DNA of 43,714 nucleotides from a bacterium (GTDB lineage: Bacteria; Auribacterota; UBA3054). Location of the stretch: positions 1 through 43,714 of the forward strand of contig JAFZID010000197.1 of NCBI GenBank assembly GCA_017554565.1, given 5' to 3'. Below the pieces are notes generated by a model, which was given only the letters and a program-made list of their open reading frames with translations, ran no database searches and was not told the DNA's origin. The position numbers and the translations under genes are program-made. Numbering within the stretch: the first letter of the stretch is position 1; the number at the start of each line of letters is the position of its first letter. This document shows positions 29,957 through 40,082 of the stretch, in pieces.

Positions 29957-31164
29957 TGGCGAAAGTCTCCCCCGCCAGGGCCCTGGCCCTGAAAGCCCTC
30001 CTCGCCTGGCGCCAGGATCCCGAAAGCCATCTTGAGCAGCATCTGAAAGGCCTGCCGGATCCCAAAGACCTCGACCTGGCCTACACCATCTGCCGCGGCG
30101 TCCTGAAAGAAAAGACATTCCTGCAAAAAGTTGTCGGCCGCTACCTCGTCCGCAAAGGCAAAAACCTTCCGCTCCCTGTCGAGCTCATCCTTCTCCTCTC
30201 CGTTTACCAAAGACTTTTTCTGGAAAAGATCCCCCAGTACGCCATCGTTTCCGACGCGGTGGAACTCTGCAAAGAGAAGAAGCCCGCTTTCTCCAACCTC
30301 GTCAACGCCATTCTCAGGAACCTTGAAAGAGATTTGGAATCCGGCTTCGATCCAACAAAAGAACCGCTTTCCCTCGAAGAACGCTATTCCCATCCCAAGG
30401 AACTCATAGACCTCATAAAAGAGGAAACCAAAGACGAAGCGCTAATTGAACAGATCCTCAAATGGGACAACGCAAAACCGAAAGCTTTCCTGAGACGCAA
30501 AAACGGCAGCCACGAAGAATGTCTTGACGTAAAAGCCGTCGTCCAAAGCGACGACTTCAAAAACGGAAAAATCTACTTCATGCAGCTCTGGTCGCAATCC
30601 GTCGCCAACGCCGCGCCTGTAAAAGACGGCGACCAAGTTCTCGACCTCTGCGCCGCCCCCGGCGGCAAAAGCCTCGCCCTTCTCGACAGAGCCAAAATAA
30701 AACTCACCGCCTGCGATTTCTCCGAAACCAGACTCGCGCAATTAAAAGAAAACTTCGCGCGCCTCGGCTACGCAAACGCTCCCAACATCACGATAAAGCA
30801 ACTGGACGCCCGCAACGCAGACCAAGCGTTCCCCCCGGCTTCTTTTGACCTCGTCCTCCTTGACGCCCCCTGCTCCAGTTTAGGAACGATCCAGCGCAAT
30901 CCCGAGCTCAGATGGCGTTTCAAATTAGAGCAGCTCGCTGAATACGCCGCGCTGCAAAAAAGCATTCTCCAAGCCGCAAAAACCCTCGTCGCCCCCCAAG
31001 GCTATCTCCTTTACGCCGTCTGCTCCTTTGCCAAAGCGGAGCGCGAAGCCACAGACCTCCTTCGTCAAGACAAAACCTGGACTCTCGTCAAAGAAAAGCT
31101 CACCTATCCCGGTGAGCAAGACAGTTTCGACGGCGGCTACTACTCCCTCTGGCAAAAGAACTGA
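29956..31164 (+). CDS. rsmB: RsmB/Sun 16S rRNA m5C methyltransferase with NusB-like N-domain
   Basis: LVNAILR, YSHP, LDLCAAPGGKS, LDAPCS..GT..RNPE and YAVCS; follows fmt. Confidence 0.85.
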   Translation: MAKVSPARALALKALLAWRQDPESHLEQHLKGLPDPKDLDLAYTICRGVLKEKTFLQKVVGRYLVRKGKNLPLPVELILLLSVYQRLFLEKIPQYAIVSDAVELCKEKKPAFSNLVNAILRNLERDLESGFDPTKEPLSLEERYSHPKELIDLIKEETKDEALIEQILKWDNAKPKAFLRRKNGSHEECLDVKAVVQSDDFKNGKIYFMQLWSQSVANAAPVKDGDQVLDLCAAPGGKSLALLDRAKIKLTACDFSETRLAQLKENFARLGYANAPNITIKQLDARNADQAFPPASFDLVLLDAPCSSLGTIQRNPELRWRFKLEQLAEYAALQKSILQAAKTLVAPQGYLLYAVCSFAKAEREATDLLRQDKTWTLVKEKLTYPGEQDSFDGGYYSLWQKN

Positions 31165-31314
31165 ACTGGCGCTACAGGAAGAAAGCCTTTTTGGCAAAGG
31201 CCAGAATTTAAAGCCAAGAAACAAGTTATTAATTTTATGCATATTGATTTATAAAAACAAATTTTATATAATAAGTTAAAACCTGGCCCATATTTATCAT
31301 CTGAGGAAAGAGTT

Positions 31315-32481
31315 ATGAAAAAAATATTGCTGCTGTTTAGCCTTTTGATATCTTTCAGTCTTTGCGCGGAAAACGTATCGGTAAAACCTGCGGGTGAAGG
31401 CACCGCGGAAAGCCCTTATTTGTTTGACCGTTTGGAGAACTTCTTCTGGCTCAGAGATAATATCCTGGACATGGATCCTAATGTCCCGGTTTGTTGCAAG
31501 CAGACAAAGGACATCGACGCCAGCGCGACGCAAGAGGGCGGAGATTACACTTGGCAAACGATAAAATTTAACAGCCACATCTTCGCTTATGATGGTCAAT
31601 GTTACACCATCTACGGTCTTGAACCGGAAGATAAAGGAGCTTTGTTCGGGGCCGGGTATCTTCAGCTAAAAAATATCAGGATACAAGGCGCCGAAGGGAA
31701 AAAGACCTGCACCTTGGCAAAAGGCTTAGATTCAGAGCCAAACAAAAAAGGTTATTTTGAGAACTGTCACGTAAAAGGGTTCTTAGTGGAAATGCCGGCT
31801 TTGGCAGACATAGTCAGAGGCAGAGATATTAGAATTGAAAATTGCGTTGCCGAAGCGGATATAGACGAAGGGGAATTAAAAACGAGCGGTGTGTTAATGT
31901 CTCATGTGATTGCGAGGGGGGGAAAAAACATAATAAAAAACACTTGCTTCAAAGGAAAAATAAAAACAAAACCGTTAACGCAAGTTAGCGGTTTGGCTGT
32001 AACGGTGTCGGTGGGAACTGTGTTTAACAACACCGAGCTAACCATAGAAGATTGTTACACAGATTTCGCTGTAGAATGCGATCCGGATGACAGGCACTCC
32101 GTTGCTGGATTAATACGCACAGCGTTCATAGACATGCATACTAACGAAGTTTTGAACATCGAGCGTTGTTATACAGCGTGTGAAACAAGCGAAAAAATAG
32201 ATTATAGCAGCGCTTTAATCTATCAATTGACCAACACTGTCAACACAATAAACATCAAGGATTGTTATTACAGAGAAGCGCCTAATTTCACGGACGATTT
32301 GGCTATTGCCAAGACCGATAATGAAATGAAACAGCGGGCGACGTTTGAAAACTGGGATTTTGAAAACGTTTGGGATATCGACGAAGGCGAAGGAATGCCG
32401 TTCTTAAGATGCGAGATTCCCGAACCATATGTATTGTTTATTGTGCTGCTTTTCGCTTTGTTAAAAAGACTAGAACGATAA
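31315..32481 (+). CDS. Secreted GLUG-like/beta-solenoid protein with PEP-CTERM-like tail
   Basis: Signal peptide, GEGTAESPY, repeated IENC/IEDCY/IERCY, WDFENVW and C-terminal IPEP-hydrophobic-KR. Confidence 0.75.
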   Translation: MKKILLLFSLLISFSLCAENVSVKPAGEGTAESPYLFDRLENFFWLRDNILDMDPNVPVCCKQTKDIDASATQEGGDYTWQTIKFNSHIFAYDGQCYTIYGLEPEDKGALFGAGYLQLKNIRIQGAEGKKTCTLAKGLDSEPNKKGYFENCHVKGFLVEMPALADIVRGRDIRIENCVAEADIDEGELKTSGVLMSHVIARGGKNIIKNTCFKGKIKTKPLTQVSGLAVTVSVGTVFNNTELTIEDCYTDFAVECDPDDRHSVAGLIRTAFIDMHTNEVLNIERCYTACETSEKIDYSSALIYQLTNTVNTINIKDCYYREAPNFTDDLAIAKTDNEMKQRATFENWDFENVWDIDEGEGMPFLRCEIPEPYVLFIVLLFALLKRLER

Positions 32482-32501
32482 AACCGCAAAGGGAAAAAAA
32501 T

Positions 32502-33968
32502 ATGATAAACAGAAGCAAAAAGGCATTCTTGATGTTGTTAATTGCGATTCTGGTAGGCTTGATTCCTTTAACAACATATTCTTCTCAGGATGAATATTTA
32601 AGCATTGGTGGTTCTTCGCATTTGGCAGTTGGAAAACCAAATGCGGCATACAATGTAAGTTATTATGTTAACGGAACGGTTTTTGGTTGTGACTTTTGCG
32701 CTTACGAAATAGTGGATGGCAACATTTATGGCAATTGTCTTGCCGAAAATGATCCCAACGATCAAAATCTTGGCCTTATATTTAATGCGCCTAATTACGA
32801 ATGCATGTTATTCGTTTCGGCATTGCTAAGATATCAGTTAAACACATATCCTTTTACATATCACCAGCTTGGCGACTTTAGGCTTATAAAAGTCCAAAAA
32901 CCGTTTTTACAAACCATGAGAACTGGGTTAAACGGCACGGTTTATGAAAATAACAACACAGCTGTGCCAATACATTGGAATATAGATGACGATGACCGAT
33001 CAGGGTTTGGCGTAGTACATCCTAATATTAGTTACGGAGAAGATTATAGGCAGTACGAATTTCTGTCTGAAAACGGCGTTGACGATGATCTATATTGTAT
33101 ACAAGCTTGCGTAACGAATGTGGATTTAAACACTTCTGGCTGTAATTTAAAAATAAAAACGCCGGATTCAATGCGTTTGTGGTATACCCAAAACAAAAGC
33201 GCACTATGCTGTGACTCCAACAGCGTGTTTGAGACTAATTGTGATATTGTTAATTGGTTCAACACACACGCCAATTCACCAGGGAACAGATTGTATGTTG
33301 AATGGGTAGTTCCGCCTAACACGACAACAAACGAATATATTGAATTTTATTGTAACGGAGTTCAATTTGCCAAATTGCGCTATAAGGGTTATGCGCTTTC
33401 CAATCCGGCGTATATTAATATGCCAACAAAATCTGAAAGAACATTCTTTGAGGGGTTTTGCGAATTAGACGGATGCGAATGGGGAATAAACAAACAGGGC
33501 AGTATGCGGCTTCCTGATCGCAACTCAATCGCGGAAGCGGTTGACCCACACTGGTCACGATATGGGGAAACGTTTGTTGCGACCAAAACAAGTCCTGTGT
33601 GTCCAGACATCTATACTTTGCAGAATGGGGCATACAGTAATTTTGTATGTCGCTGTATGAGCATGGATACTTTCAACAACCATAACTATTTATTTGAAGA
33701 AGCTGACGCTGCTGCCTTTTTCACCATACTTAATTTTTGGACATACAATTATCTTGACATAGATTTGCATGGCGCTCTTGGCGATATTGTTTATTACAGT
33801 GGTCCTTTTGCTGCAACGAGAGTACCTTCCAATTGGCTGACAAATTGCAGACCTTCATGGGATATATTCACAAGCCGTTTTTTCAATCAACCAAAGATTG
33901 TTCACAATCCATATCAACTCGAATCTACCAGAGCCATTTTAGATACATATGTTATAGATTTGCCATAA
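32502..33968 (+). CDS. Secreted hypothetical protein; C-terminus resembles a papain-fold (DUF7689-like) toxin domain
   Basis: Start moved to ATG 32502 (MINRSKKAFLMLLIAILVG). AT-rich. Family resemblance is from motif recall only. Confidence 0.6.
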   Translation: MINRSKKAFLMLLIAILVGLIPLTTYSSQDEYLSIGGSSHLAVGKPNAAYNVSYYVNGTVFGCDFCAYEIVDGNIYGNCLAENDPNDQNLGLIFNAPNYECMLFVSALLRYQLNTYPFTYHQLGDFRLIKVQKPFLQTMRTGLNGTVYENNNTAVPIHWNIDDDDRSGFGVVHPNISYGEDYRQYEFLSENGVDDDLYCIQACVTNVDLNTSGCNLKIKTPDSMRLWYTQNKSALCCDSNSVFETNCDIVNWFNTHANSPGNRLYVEWVVPPNTTTNEYIEFYCNGVQFAKLRYKGYALSNPAYINMPTKSERTFFEGFCELDGCEWGINKQGSMRLPDRNSIAEAVDPHWSRYGETFVATKTSPVCPDIYTLQNGAYSNFVCRCMSMDTFNNHNYLFEEADAAAFFTILNFWTYNYLDIDLHGALGDIVYYSGPFAATRVPSNWLTNCRPSWDIFTSRFFNQPKIVHNPYQLESTRAILDTYVIDLP

Positions 33969-33987
33969 TATTAGTTGGAGAAAAAAC

Positions 33988-34953
33988 ATGAAAAGATTTT
34001 TGTTTAGTTTTTACATGATTTTATTATCTTCGTTTGTTCTCGGAATAGACTCTGATGAATATACGCTTTTGTTAGAAAAGGCGGAGCAAACTCCCGCCAT
34101 CATTTTTGACAAGGAAGATTTTTCTTGGGACAAATATCCGGCAGAGGTAAAAGCACATTTTTTAGATGGTGTTAAAGCGCAGAACGAACTTAATAAACTG
34201 GCTCCTTCAACAACGATGCCATTGCTTTTTGACTTTGTAGAAAATGGGAGTCATGCCGAAAAACAAATAGCGATATATTTGGAAAAACATGGATATTACA
34301 CCAATAGTTATTTCGAAGTGATATATAAGCAAATAAGGAATCAAAACGGTATCAGTTGCGGATACAGCGGATTGGGGAATCTGGCTTTTCCATGGTTAAC
34401 TAAAAAACACAGAGGCAAAGATTTCAACGAATACGAGATCCAATACTTCTGGTGGGTCTATGACAGAAAACACCTTCAGAACATTTGGCAAAACTGGTAT
34501 CAGTGCTGGCAGGAAGAAAACGCTAAGCCAGAACCGAGAAAATATGTGCAGAAGCGTTTGATTTCTGACGTGTTGTGTCTGGGCTTTTATCTTTTTCCTT
34601 ACTTGGCGGAAAATTTGATAAATGACAAAAGTTTGGAAGATATAGTTGATGAGTTAAGGTCTTATTCCTGTTTTTCCATCAGGGGCGATTTTTTAACATG
34701 GTGGGAAGAAAACAGCGAAAGATATTCTTTTCCGGAAGCAAAGGGCTGGGAACATGCGTTAGAGATTCTTAACCGGGGAAAGTTAATGGTTAGTAAATCC
34801 GCCATGGAAAACATGCCTGTTTGGCACGAGCTGGCGGAGGCTTATTACTCTGGGAACATAAATCGGTATTGGTATTATTTTCTTTCCGACAAAAACGAAA
34901 TAACGGAAGAAGACATTACCGAAGCGATTTGCAAATCAATTGAAGACAAATGA
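33988..34953 (+). CDS. Exported hypothetical protein (possible immunity-like partner)
   Basis: 321-aa ORF with GGAG RBS and signal peptide; Trp/Tyr-rich, predicted helical. Confidence 0.65.
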   Translation: MKRFLFSFYMILLSSFVLGIDSDEYTLLLEKAEQTPAIIFDKEDFSWDKYPAEVKAHFLDGVKAQNELNKLAPSTTMPLLFDFVENGSHAEKQIAIYLEKHGYYTNSYFEVIYKQIRNQNGISCGYSGLGNLAFPWLTKKHRGKDFNEYEIQYFWWVYDRKHLQNIWQNWYQCWQEENAKPEPRKYVQKRLISDVLCLGFYLFPYLAENLINDKSLEDIVDELRSYSCFSIRGDFLTWWEENSERYSFPEAKGWEHALEILNRGKLMVSKSAMENMPVWHELAEAYYSGNINRYWYYFLSDKNEITEEDITEAICKSIEDK

Positions 34954-34970
34954 TCTTCAAGGAGAATATT

Positions 34971-36170
34971 ATGAAAAAAGCGTTGCTGTTTGTTTGCATT
35001 TGGGCATGCGTTTGCTTGGCTTTGGCCGACGGCGTTTCCGTTGCGCCTAAAGGAGAAGGGACGCAAAAAGCTCCTTATCAAATTACGCAGATGGGAAACT
35101 TTGTGTGGCTGTCGCATCAAAGCGACATGATCGATGCCGGAACAACAATTTATTGCGTTCAGGAAAACGATATTGACGCGGTGGAGACGGAAGAATGGCA
35201 GAGTTTCCCTGGTATTGAAACCAACAACATTAATGGTGAAAACAAAGGGGCCTGGACTTTGAATTATGACGGCCAAGGTTTTAAAATAGAAAATCTTTGC
35301 ATTAGTCAAACCAAAGGTTTTTACAGCGCGCTGTTTTGCTTAGGCAGCTTCCAATTGAAAAACATCAATATTAACGGAGTGAAAAGCAAGGTGCCGTGGG
35401 GAAGCACGGGAATTTTGGTAGGAAACATGGGAGCCGGGTATATAGATAATTGCCATATAAGCGGAACAAATATTCGCGCCACGGCCGGTTTGATCCAGGA
35501 AGTAATCGTTCCGTCGGGAGGAAGCGTTGAAATCAGCAATTGTTCTGTAGAAACAGATTTAACAAACGCTTGGGCGGGGGTAATAGAGCAAGTGCATGTT
35601 TATGGAACGCTAGTAATTAGAAACACATCTTACAAAGGAAAAATTACTATCGGGGATGAATCTGGCGGAGACGTAATTTCAGCTGGCTTTGTCAAAGGAT
35701 TGCAGTTGGAAGAAAAACATGCCAAAGTGATCATCGAAGACTGTTATTCTGCTGCCGAGATAAAATGCGCTAATTCTTATTTAGGTCTTTCCGGATTTGT
35801 AGGCATAATTAACAACGCGAATTATGGAGAACCAGTTGACATTGAGATCAACCGCTGTTATTCCACGGGATCAATAAGCAACACAAGACCTTGGGGCAGC
35901 GCTAGTTTTCTGACCGTGGTGTACGGATGCGAACCGGTGGTAAAGGATTGCTACTATAATTCCACGACGTTAAAAAAAGCTGACAAATACGCGCTTCCCA
36001 AGACAGAAGAAGAGATGAAACAATTGGCCACTTTTGAAAATTGGGATTTTGAAAATGTCTGGGATATAGACGAAGGCAAGAGTATGCCGTATCTCGTATC
36101 AACGCTTCCCGAGCCGTGCGGAATGGTTGCCTTGCTTTTGCTAACTTTGCTTTTAACGAGAAGAAAATAA
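34971..36170 (+). CDS. Secreted GLUG-like/beta-solenoid protein with PEP-CTERM-like tail (paralog of 31315..32481)
   Basis: AAGGAG RBS before ATG 34971, GEGTQKAPYQI, ATFENWDFENVWDIDEG and LPEP-hydrophobic-RRK. Confidence 0.78.
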   Translation: MKKALLFVCIWACVCLALADGVSVAPKGEGTQKAPYQITQMGNFVWLSHQSDMIDAGTTIYCVQENDIDAVETEEWQSFPGIETNNINGENKGAWTLNYDGQGFKIENLCISQTKGFYSALFCLGSFQLKNININGVKSKVPWGSTGILVGNMGAGYIDNCHISGTNIRATAGLIQEVIVPSGGSVEISNCSVETDLTNAWAGVIEQVHVYGTLVIRNTSYKGKITIGDESGGDVISAGFVKGLQLEEKHAKVIIEDCYSAAEIKCANSYLGLSGFVGIINNANYGEPVDIEINRCYSTGSISNTRPWGSASFLTVVYGCEPVVKDCYYNSTTLKKADKYALPKTEEEMKQLATFENWDFENVWDIDEGKSMPYLVSTLPEPCGMVALLLLTLLLTRRK

Positions 36171-36177
36171 AAATGCA

Positions 36178-36217
36178 AAAAAGAAAGGCGGGAACGAAAG
36201 TTTCCGCCTTTTCATTT
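36178..36217. terminator. Bidirectional terminator between convergent genes
   Basis: AAAGGCGGGAAC-gaaa-GTTTCCGCCTTT hairpin flanked by A- and T-runs. Confidence 0.8.
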
Positions 36218-38164
36218 TTAGAATTCTTTGGCGAAGGGGCCTGGGAGGATCTGGCCTTCGCGTTTGTTGCCGTCGAAGTCGGTGTCGAAAACGATGGGCG
36301 TGCCGTCGGGGTTCTCGAAGGGCTGGTCGGGCTGGAAGGCTTTGCCCAAGGTTTCCGTTGAGATCATGTTTACCTGGTGGTTTTTGATGATCTCGTAAAG
36401 GTTGGTCTTGAGGGTGTATTTTCCGTCTTTTTCTTCCAGTTCAAGGAAGACTTTGCTTTTGTCGTCAACGAAAGGCGCTTTTTCTTTCTTCCAGGGCTTG
36501 GCGCCTCCCAAGTAAACGTTGCCCTGGCACCAGACCGGGAGATAGCGGAAGTGGAATTTTTCCAAGGTTTCCATATCGGGCGTTTCGTTGTCCATGTCAA
36601 AGTTGGCGATCCATTCCTCATAGGTCGGAAACTCGTCGAAGACGGAGGTGCCGGTCTCGGTCTTGAATTTGTAGTTGTCTCTCTTGATAAAGATATTGTT
36701 GTAGATCCTGTCGTCGCCGTGAAGGATGGTCATGAAGCCCATGACTTCCGTGCGGTGCGGGATGTGATAGGGCGTGTAGCGTTGACGGAGTTTTCCTTCC
36801 ACCATGCCGTCGCAGCCGTCGTCTATGGAGGCGATGGGGCCGGTTATTATATTGTGCACAAGGGCGAAGCCTTCAGTGGCCATACGGAAGGAAACGTCGG
36901 AGAGGAGAATGTTGTTGTCTATGAGAGTGGGGCCGTGGCCGACTTCCACGAAGATGTCCTGGCTGCCCATGCCGCCTGGCAAGTATGTTGCGTAGGGCGG
37001 GCGGTGGTTGTCGTGCAGCAGATTCTGGGTTATGCGGGTGCCCTGGGCTTCCCAGTCCGTCCAGATGCCCATGACGCAATGGTGGATGTGATTGCGCCTT
37101 ATAACGACGTCTATGGCGGCGTGGAGCTTGATGCCGGCTACTTCGGCGCCGCCCAGTTCCATCATGTTGTTGATATGGTGGATGTGGTTGTCCTCGATAA
37201 GCGAGAAGACGCCGCCCATGCGGCCTATGATGCCGCCCTGCTCGCAGTGGTGGATGTTGTTTCTTCTTATGATGTGCGAGCCGATTTTTTCCTTGAGCCA
37301 GCCGTGGTACTGTCCGCGGCAGACCGCGTCGCGCTCCATCTGCGTCGGGCTTTTGACGTGCTTATATGTGAAGAAGTGTTCGTTTTCGGGATCTAAGTAT
37401 TTGCCTACGCAGATGCCGGCGCACTTAGAGAGGCTGATATCGCAGTCTTCTATTGTCCAGCCTTTAGACCAATGCGGGCCTATCATGCCGTCCTGGAAGG
37501 CGGCGGGCGGCGCCCAGGTCGTGGCAGCCTTGTTGATCTTGAAGCCTTGGACTGTGATGAAGCCAATACCTGTTTTGGAGGGGAAGAAGCATCTTCTGCG
37601 GACGTTGATCTCAACTTTCTCTTTGTTGGGATCCTTGCCTTGGAAATTGGCGAAGAATATGGTCTTGCCGTCCTTCTTTTCAAAGAACCATTTGTAAATG
37701 GAATTATCGGGATCCCAGGAATAATCGGTTTTTTTGCCTTCCAAACATTCCTCCAGGCTCCCCGCTTCGTAGAAGGCCTGGTCGTTCATGTAGAGCGAGC
37801 CGGTGTGCTTCGTTCTGCCCGCAAAATACCAGTCGCCGTAAACGAAGGTGGAGTAAGGGTCGTAGTCTCCGAAAATAGAATCATCGACTTCCGCGGTCCA
37901 GACGGTGCCTTTGTAAAGTTTCCAATTCGTCAGAAGCTCGGCGCCGGTTATTTCCGCGCCCAGGGGTTCGGCGCTGCGATACGTTATCCGCTGCTCTTCG
38001 GTTCCGGCGTTCTTGGGATCGACGTATTCGCGGTAAAGACCGGGGAGGACAACTACCTCATCGCCGGGCTTGGCAATTTGCGCGGCGTCAATGATCTTTT
38101 GAAAAGGAGCTTCTTTGCTGCCGTTTCCGGCGGACTTGGCATGGGCGTCAACGTAGATGATCAT
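36218..38164 (-). CDS. GH120 beta-xylosidase-like right-handed beta-helix protein
   Basis: G.YRE.V.P, AATTWAPP, IGPHWSKGW.IE, EVAGIKLHAAID, EVGHGPTLIDNN and RYTPYH.PH.T. Confidence 0.85.
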   Translation of the reverse strand: MIIYVDAHAKSAGNGSKEAPFQKIIDAAQIAKPGDEVVVLPGLYREYVDPKNAGTEEQRITYRSAEPLGAEITGAELLTNWKLYKGTVWTAEVDDSIFGDYDPYSTFVYGDWYFAGRTKHTGSLYMNDQAFYEAGSLEECLEGKKTDYSWDPDNSIYKWFFEKKDGKTIFFANFQGKDPNKEKVEINVRRRCFFPSKTGIGFITVQGFKINKAATTWAPPAAFQDGMIGPHWSKGWTIEDCDISLSKCAGICVGKYLDPENEHFFTYKHVKSPTQMERDAVCRGQYHGWLKEKIGSHIIRRNNIHHCEQGGIIGRMGGVFSLIEDNHIHHINNMMELGGAEVAGIKLHAAIDVVIRRNHIHHCVMGIWTDWEAQGTRITQNLLHDNHRPPYATYLPGGMGSQDIFVEVGHGPTLIDNNILLSDVSFRMATEGFALVHNIITGPIASIDDGCDGMVEGKLRQRYTPYHIPHRTEVMGFMTILHGDDRIYNNIFIKRDNYKFKTETGTSVFDEFPTYEEWIANFDMDNETPDMETLEKFHFRYLPVWCQGNVYLGGAKPWKKEKAPFVDDKSKVFLELEEKDGKYTLKTNLYEIIKNHQVNMISTETLGKAFQPDQPFENPDGTPIVFDTDFDGNKREGQILPGPFAKEF

Positions 38165-38166
38165 AA

Positions 38167-38823
38167 TTAGGCTTGTTTGGTTGCGGTTCGGCGTTTCCTG
38201 ATCAGATCTAAAAAGAGCTCGTCGGAAAGGCCGTAGTCTTTGTCCCAGGTTAAAAGCAGTCTGACCAGCGCGTTTTCGGAAAGCGCGGCGTTTTCGTCGA
38301 TGATATCGGTGATCTCGTTCTGCTCTTCCTGAAGGGTGAGGAAAAGCGCGGCGGCTTTCTTCATTTCCGGCCAGAGCAAGGGATCGCTTTTGAAAGCTTT
38401 TTTCTCTATGAGGAGCGTTTGGTACCAGAGATTGGCGTTTTGAAAGGCGGAAAAAGCAAAGGAGCGCAATCCCTGGTTGTTTTTGAATTCGTCGATAAGC
38501 TTTATGGTGACGGGAAGCTCGCGGCCCAATTGCGCAAGGTAAGCCAGAATGGTAAGCAGGTTCATTTGGCAGAAAGCCTCGAAGCCGAAAACCAGCGTCA
38601 GCTCTTCCAAGAGAAGCTTGTCTTTTTGGGGGAGTGCTCCTATGACTTTTTCCGCGTATTCCGCTTCGCTCTCGTTGTGGTAGGCGGCGCGGGCTTTTAT
38701 GAAGGCGGGAGAAAAGACCTCGCTGTCGCTTGGTCCTGCGATCATTGTTTCCCTCATGGGCGCGCCGTCAGGGTAGAGATCCTTGATGGCGTCTCCGGGG
38801 ATAATGAAAACGGGGGCGGTCAT
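38167..38823 (-). CDS. Hypothetical protein (DUF1835-like)
   Basis: Coupled between panC and GH120; motif FG.E.FCQMNLLT.LAYL. Family call is tentative. Confidence 0.6.
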   Translation of the reverse strand: MTAPVFIIPGDAIKDLYPDGAPMRETMIAGPSDSEVFSPAFIKARAAYHNESEAEYAEKVIGALPQKDKLLLEELTLVFGFEAFCQMNLLTILAYLAQLGRELPVTIKLIDEFKNNQGLRSFAFSAFQNANLWYQTLLIEKKAFKSDPLLWPEMKKAAALFLTLQEEQNEITDIIDENAALSENALVRLLLTWDKDYGLSDELFLDLIRKRRTATKQA

Positions 38824-39689
38824 TTCTTGGGCGTGGTGAGCCAGACGTTGTCTATGAGCCTTGTGGTGCCGAAATAGACGGCCAGGGCGACGAGGATCTT
38901 CTGGCTTTTTTTGAAAGCTTTGACTTCCTCAAGGGTTTCCCGGTCGCAAACGCTGATGTAATCTGTTTTGGCCAGAGGAGACGTCGCGATGATTTTGGCG
39001 ATGAGCTTTTTCGTTTCCGCGGCGCTTTTGCCTTTCGCTACGGCGTCTTTGGCGGCCTTGAGGGATCTGGAAAGCACGAGGGCCTCTTTCTTTTCCTCTG
39101 AGTTCAGGTATTTGTTGCGGGAGCTTAAAGCCAATCCGCTCTTTTCCCTGATGAGGGGGCACTCCACGATCTTTATGGGGAAGTCCAGGTCCCTGACCAT
39201 GCGCTCAAGGATAAGAAGCTGCTGGGCGTCCTTCTTGCCGAAGCAGGCGAAGTCGGGCTGCACGAGGTTGAAGAGTTTGGAGACGACGGTGCAGACGCCT
39301 TTGAAGTGGCCTATTCTTCTGGCGCCGCAGAGAAATCTTGAGAGCGCTTCCTCGTTCACCCAGGCGGAGCGATCGTCAAAGTACATTTCCTTGGGCTGAG
39401 GTGCGAAGACCGCGTCGGCGCCCATTTCCTGGCAGATCAGAAGATCTTCCTTTAAGGTGCGGGGGTATTTGGCGAAGTCTTCGTTGGGGCCGAATTGGGT
39501 GGGGTTGACGAAAACCGAGACCACAACGGCGTCGGCCAGCTGGCGGGCTTTTTTGATAAGCGAGGCGTGGCCGGCGTGCAGGGCGCCCATGGTGGGAACG
39601 AGGGCGATGGTCTTGCCGTCTTTTTTGGCGCTTTTTATGAATTTGCGCAGCGCCGCTTTGTTCTTGAGGAGCAGAGGAGCCTTGTTCAT
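38820..39689 (-). CDS. panC: Pantoate-beta-alanine ligase
   Basis: VPTMGALHAGH, SVFVNPTQF, GHFKGV, FGKKDAQQ, GLALSSRN and RLIDN. Confidence 0.97.
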   Translation of the reverse strand: MNKAPLLLKNKAALRKFIKSAKKDGKTIALVPTMGALHAGHASLIKKARQLADAVVVSVFVNPTQFGPNEDFAKYPRTLKEDLLICQEMGADAVFAPQPKEMYFDDRSAWVNEEALSRFLCGARRIGHFKGVCTVVSKLFNLVQPDFACFGKKDAQQLLILERMVRDLDFPIKIVECPLIREKSGLALSSRNKYLNSEEKKEALVLSRSLKAAKDAVAKGKSAAETKKLIAKIIATSPLAKTDYISVCDRETLEEVKAFKKSQKILVALAVYFGTTRLIDNVWLTTPKK

Positions 39690-39702
39690 ATTGCCTCCCC
39701 TT

Positions 39703-40032
39703 TTATTCGCTTTTGGGCGTTTCGGAGGGATCTTCTTTCTTTTCCTCTTTCTTGGCGTCCTCGGCGGTCTCGGCGTAGTTCATCTGCAGCATGGCGATCT
39801 GGTCGTCAAGAAGGTCGGATTCCTCTTTGGAGAGATTGCCCTTGGATTTTTCCCGCAGCATGACCAGGGAATCGATGAAATAACGCGCGCCCTGCAGATC
39901 GACTTTCGTTTCGTGGGTTTCGGGGTTGGCGATCTTGCCAAGGTTGACCATGGCCAATTGGGCGAAATTGAAGATCAGCATCACAAAAAGATGGCTGTTG
40001 TGATCGTGCGCATGTTCATGCTCTTCACTCAT
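39703..40032 (-). CDS. DUF1844 domain protein
   Basis: AMVNLGKI.NP, A...ID.L.ML.EK.KGNLS.EE and LQMNY. Confidence 0.8.
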   Translation of the reverse strand: MSEEHEHAHDHNSHLFVMLIFNFAQLAMVNLGKIANPETHETKVDLQGARYFIDSLVMLREKSKGNLSKEESDLLDDQIAMLQMNYAETAEDAKKEEKKEDPSETPKSE

Positions 40033-40082
40033 AATAAACTCCTTTAATGATTGTTTACAAAAAGAATTATAGCATTTGCCAT

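Noticed and set aside
32311-36080. Direct DNA repeat as an IS or att boundary of the AT-rich islet
   Set aside because: Similarity between ~32311-32390 and ~36000-36080 is coding homology with many synonymous differences, not a target-site or att duplication.
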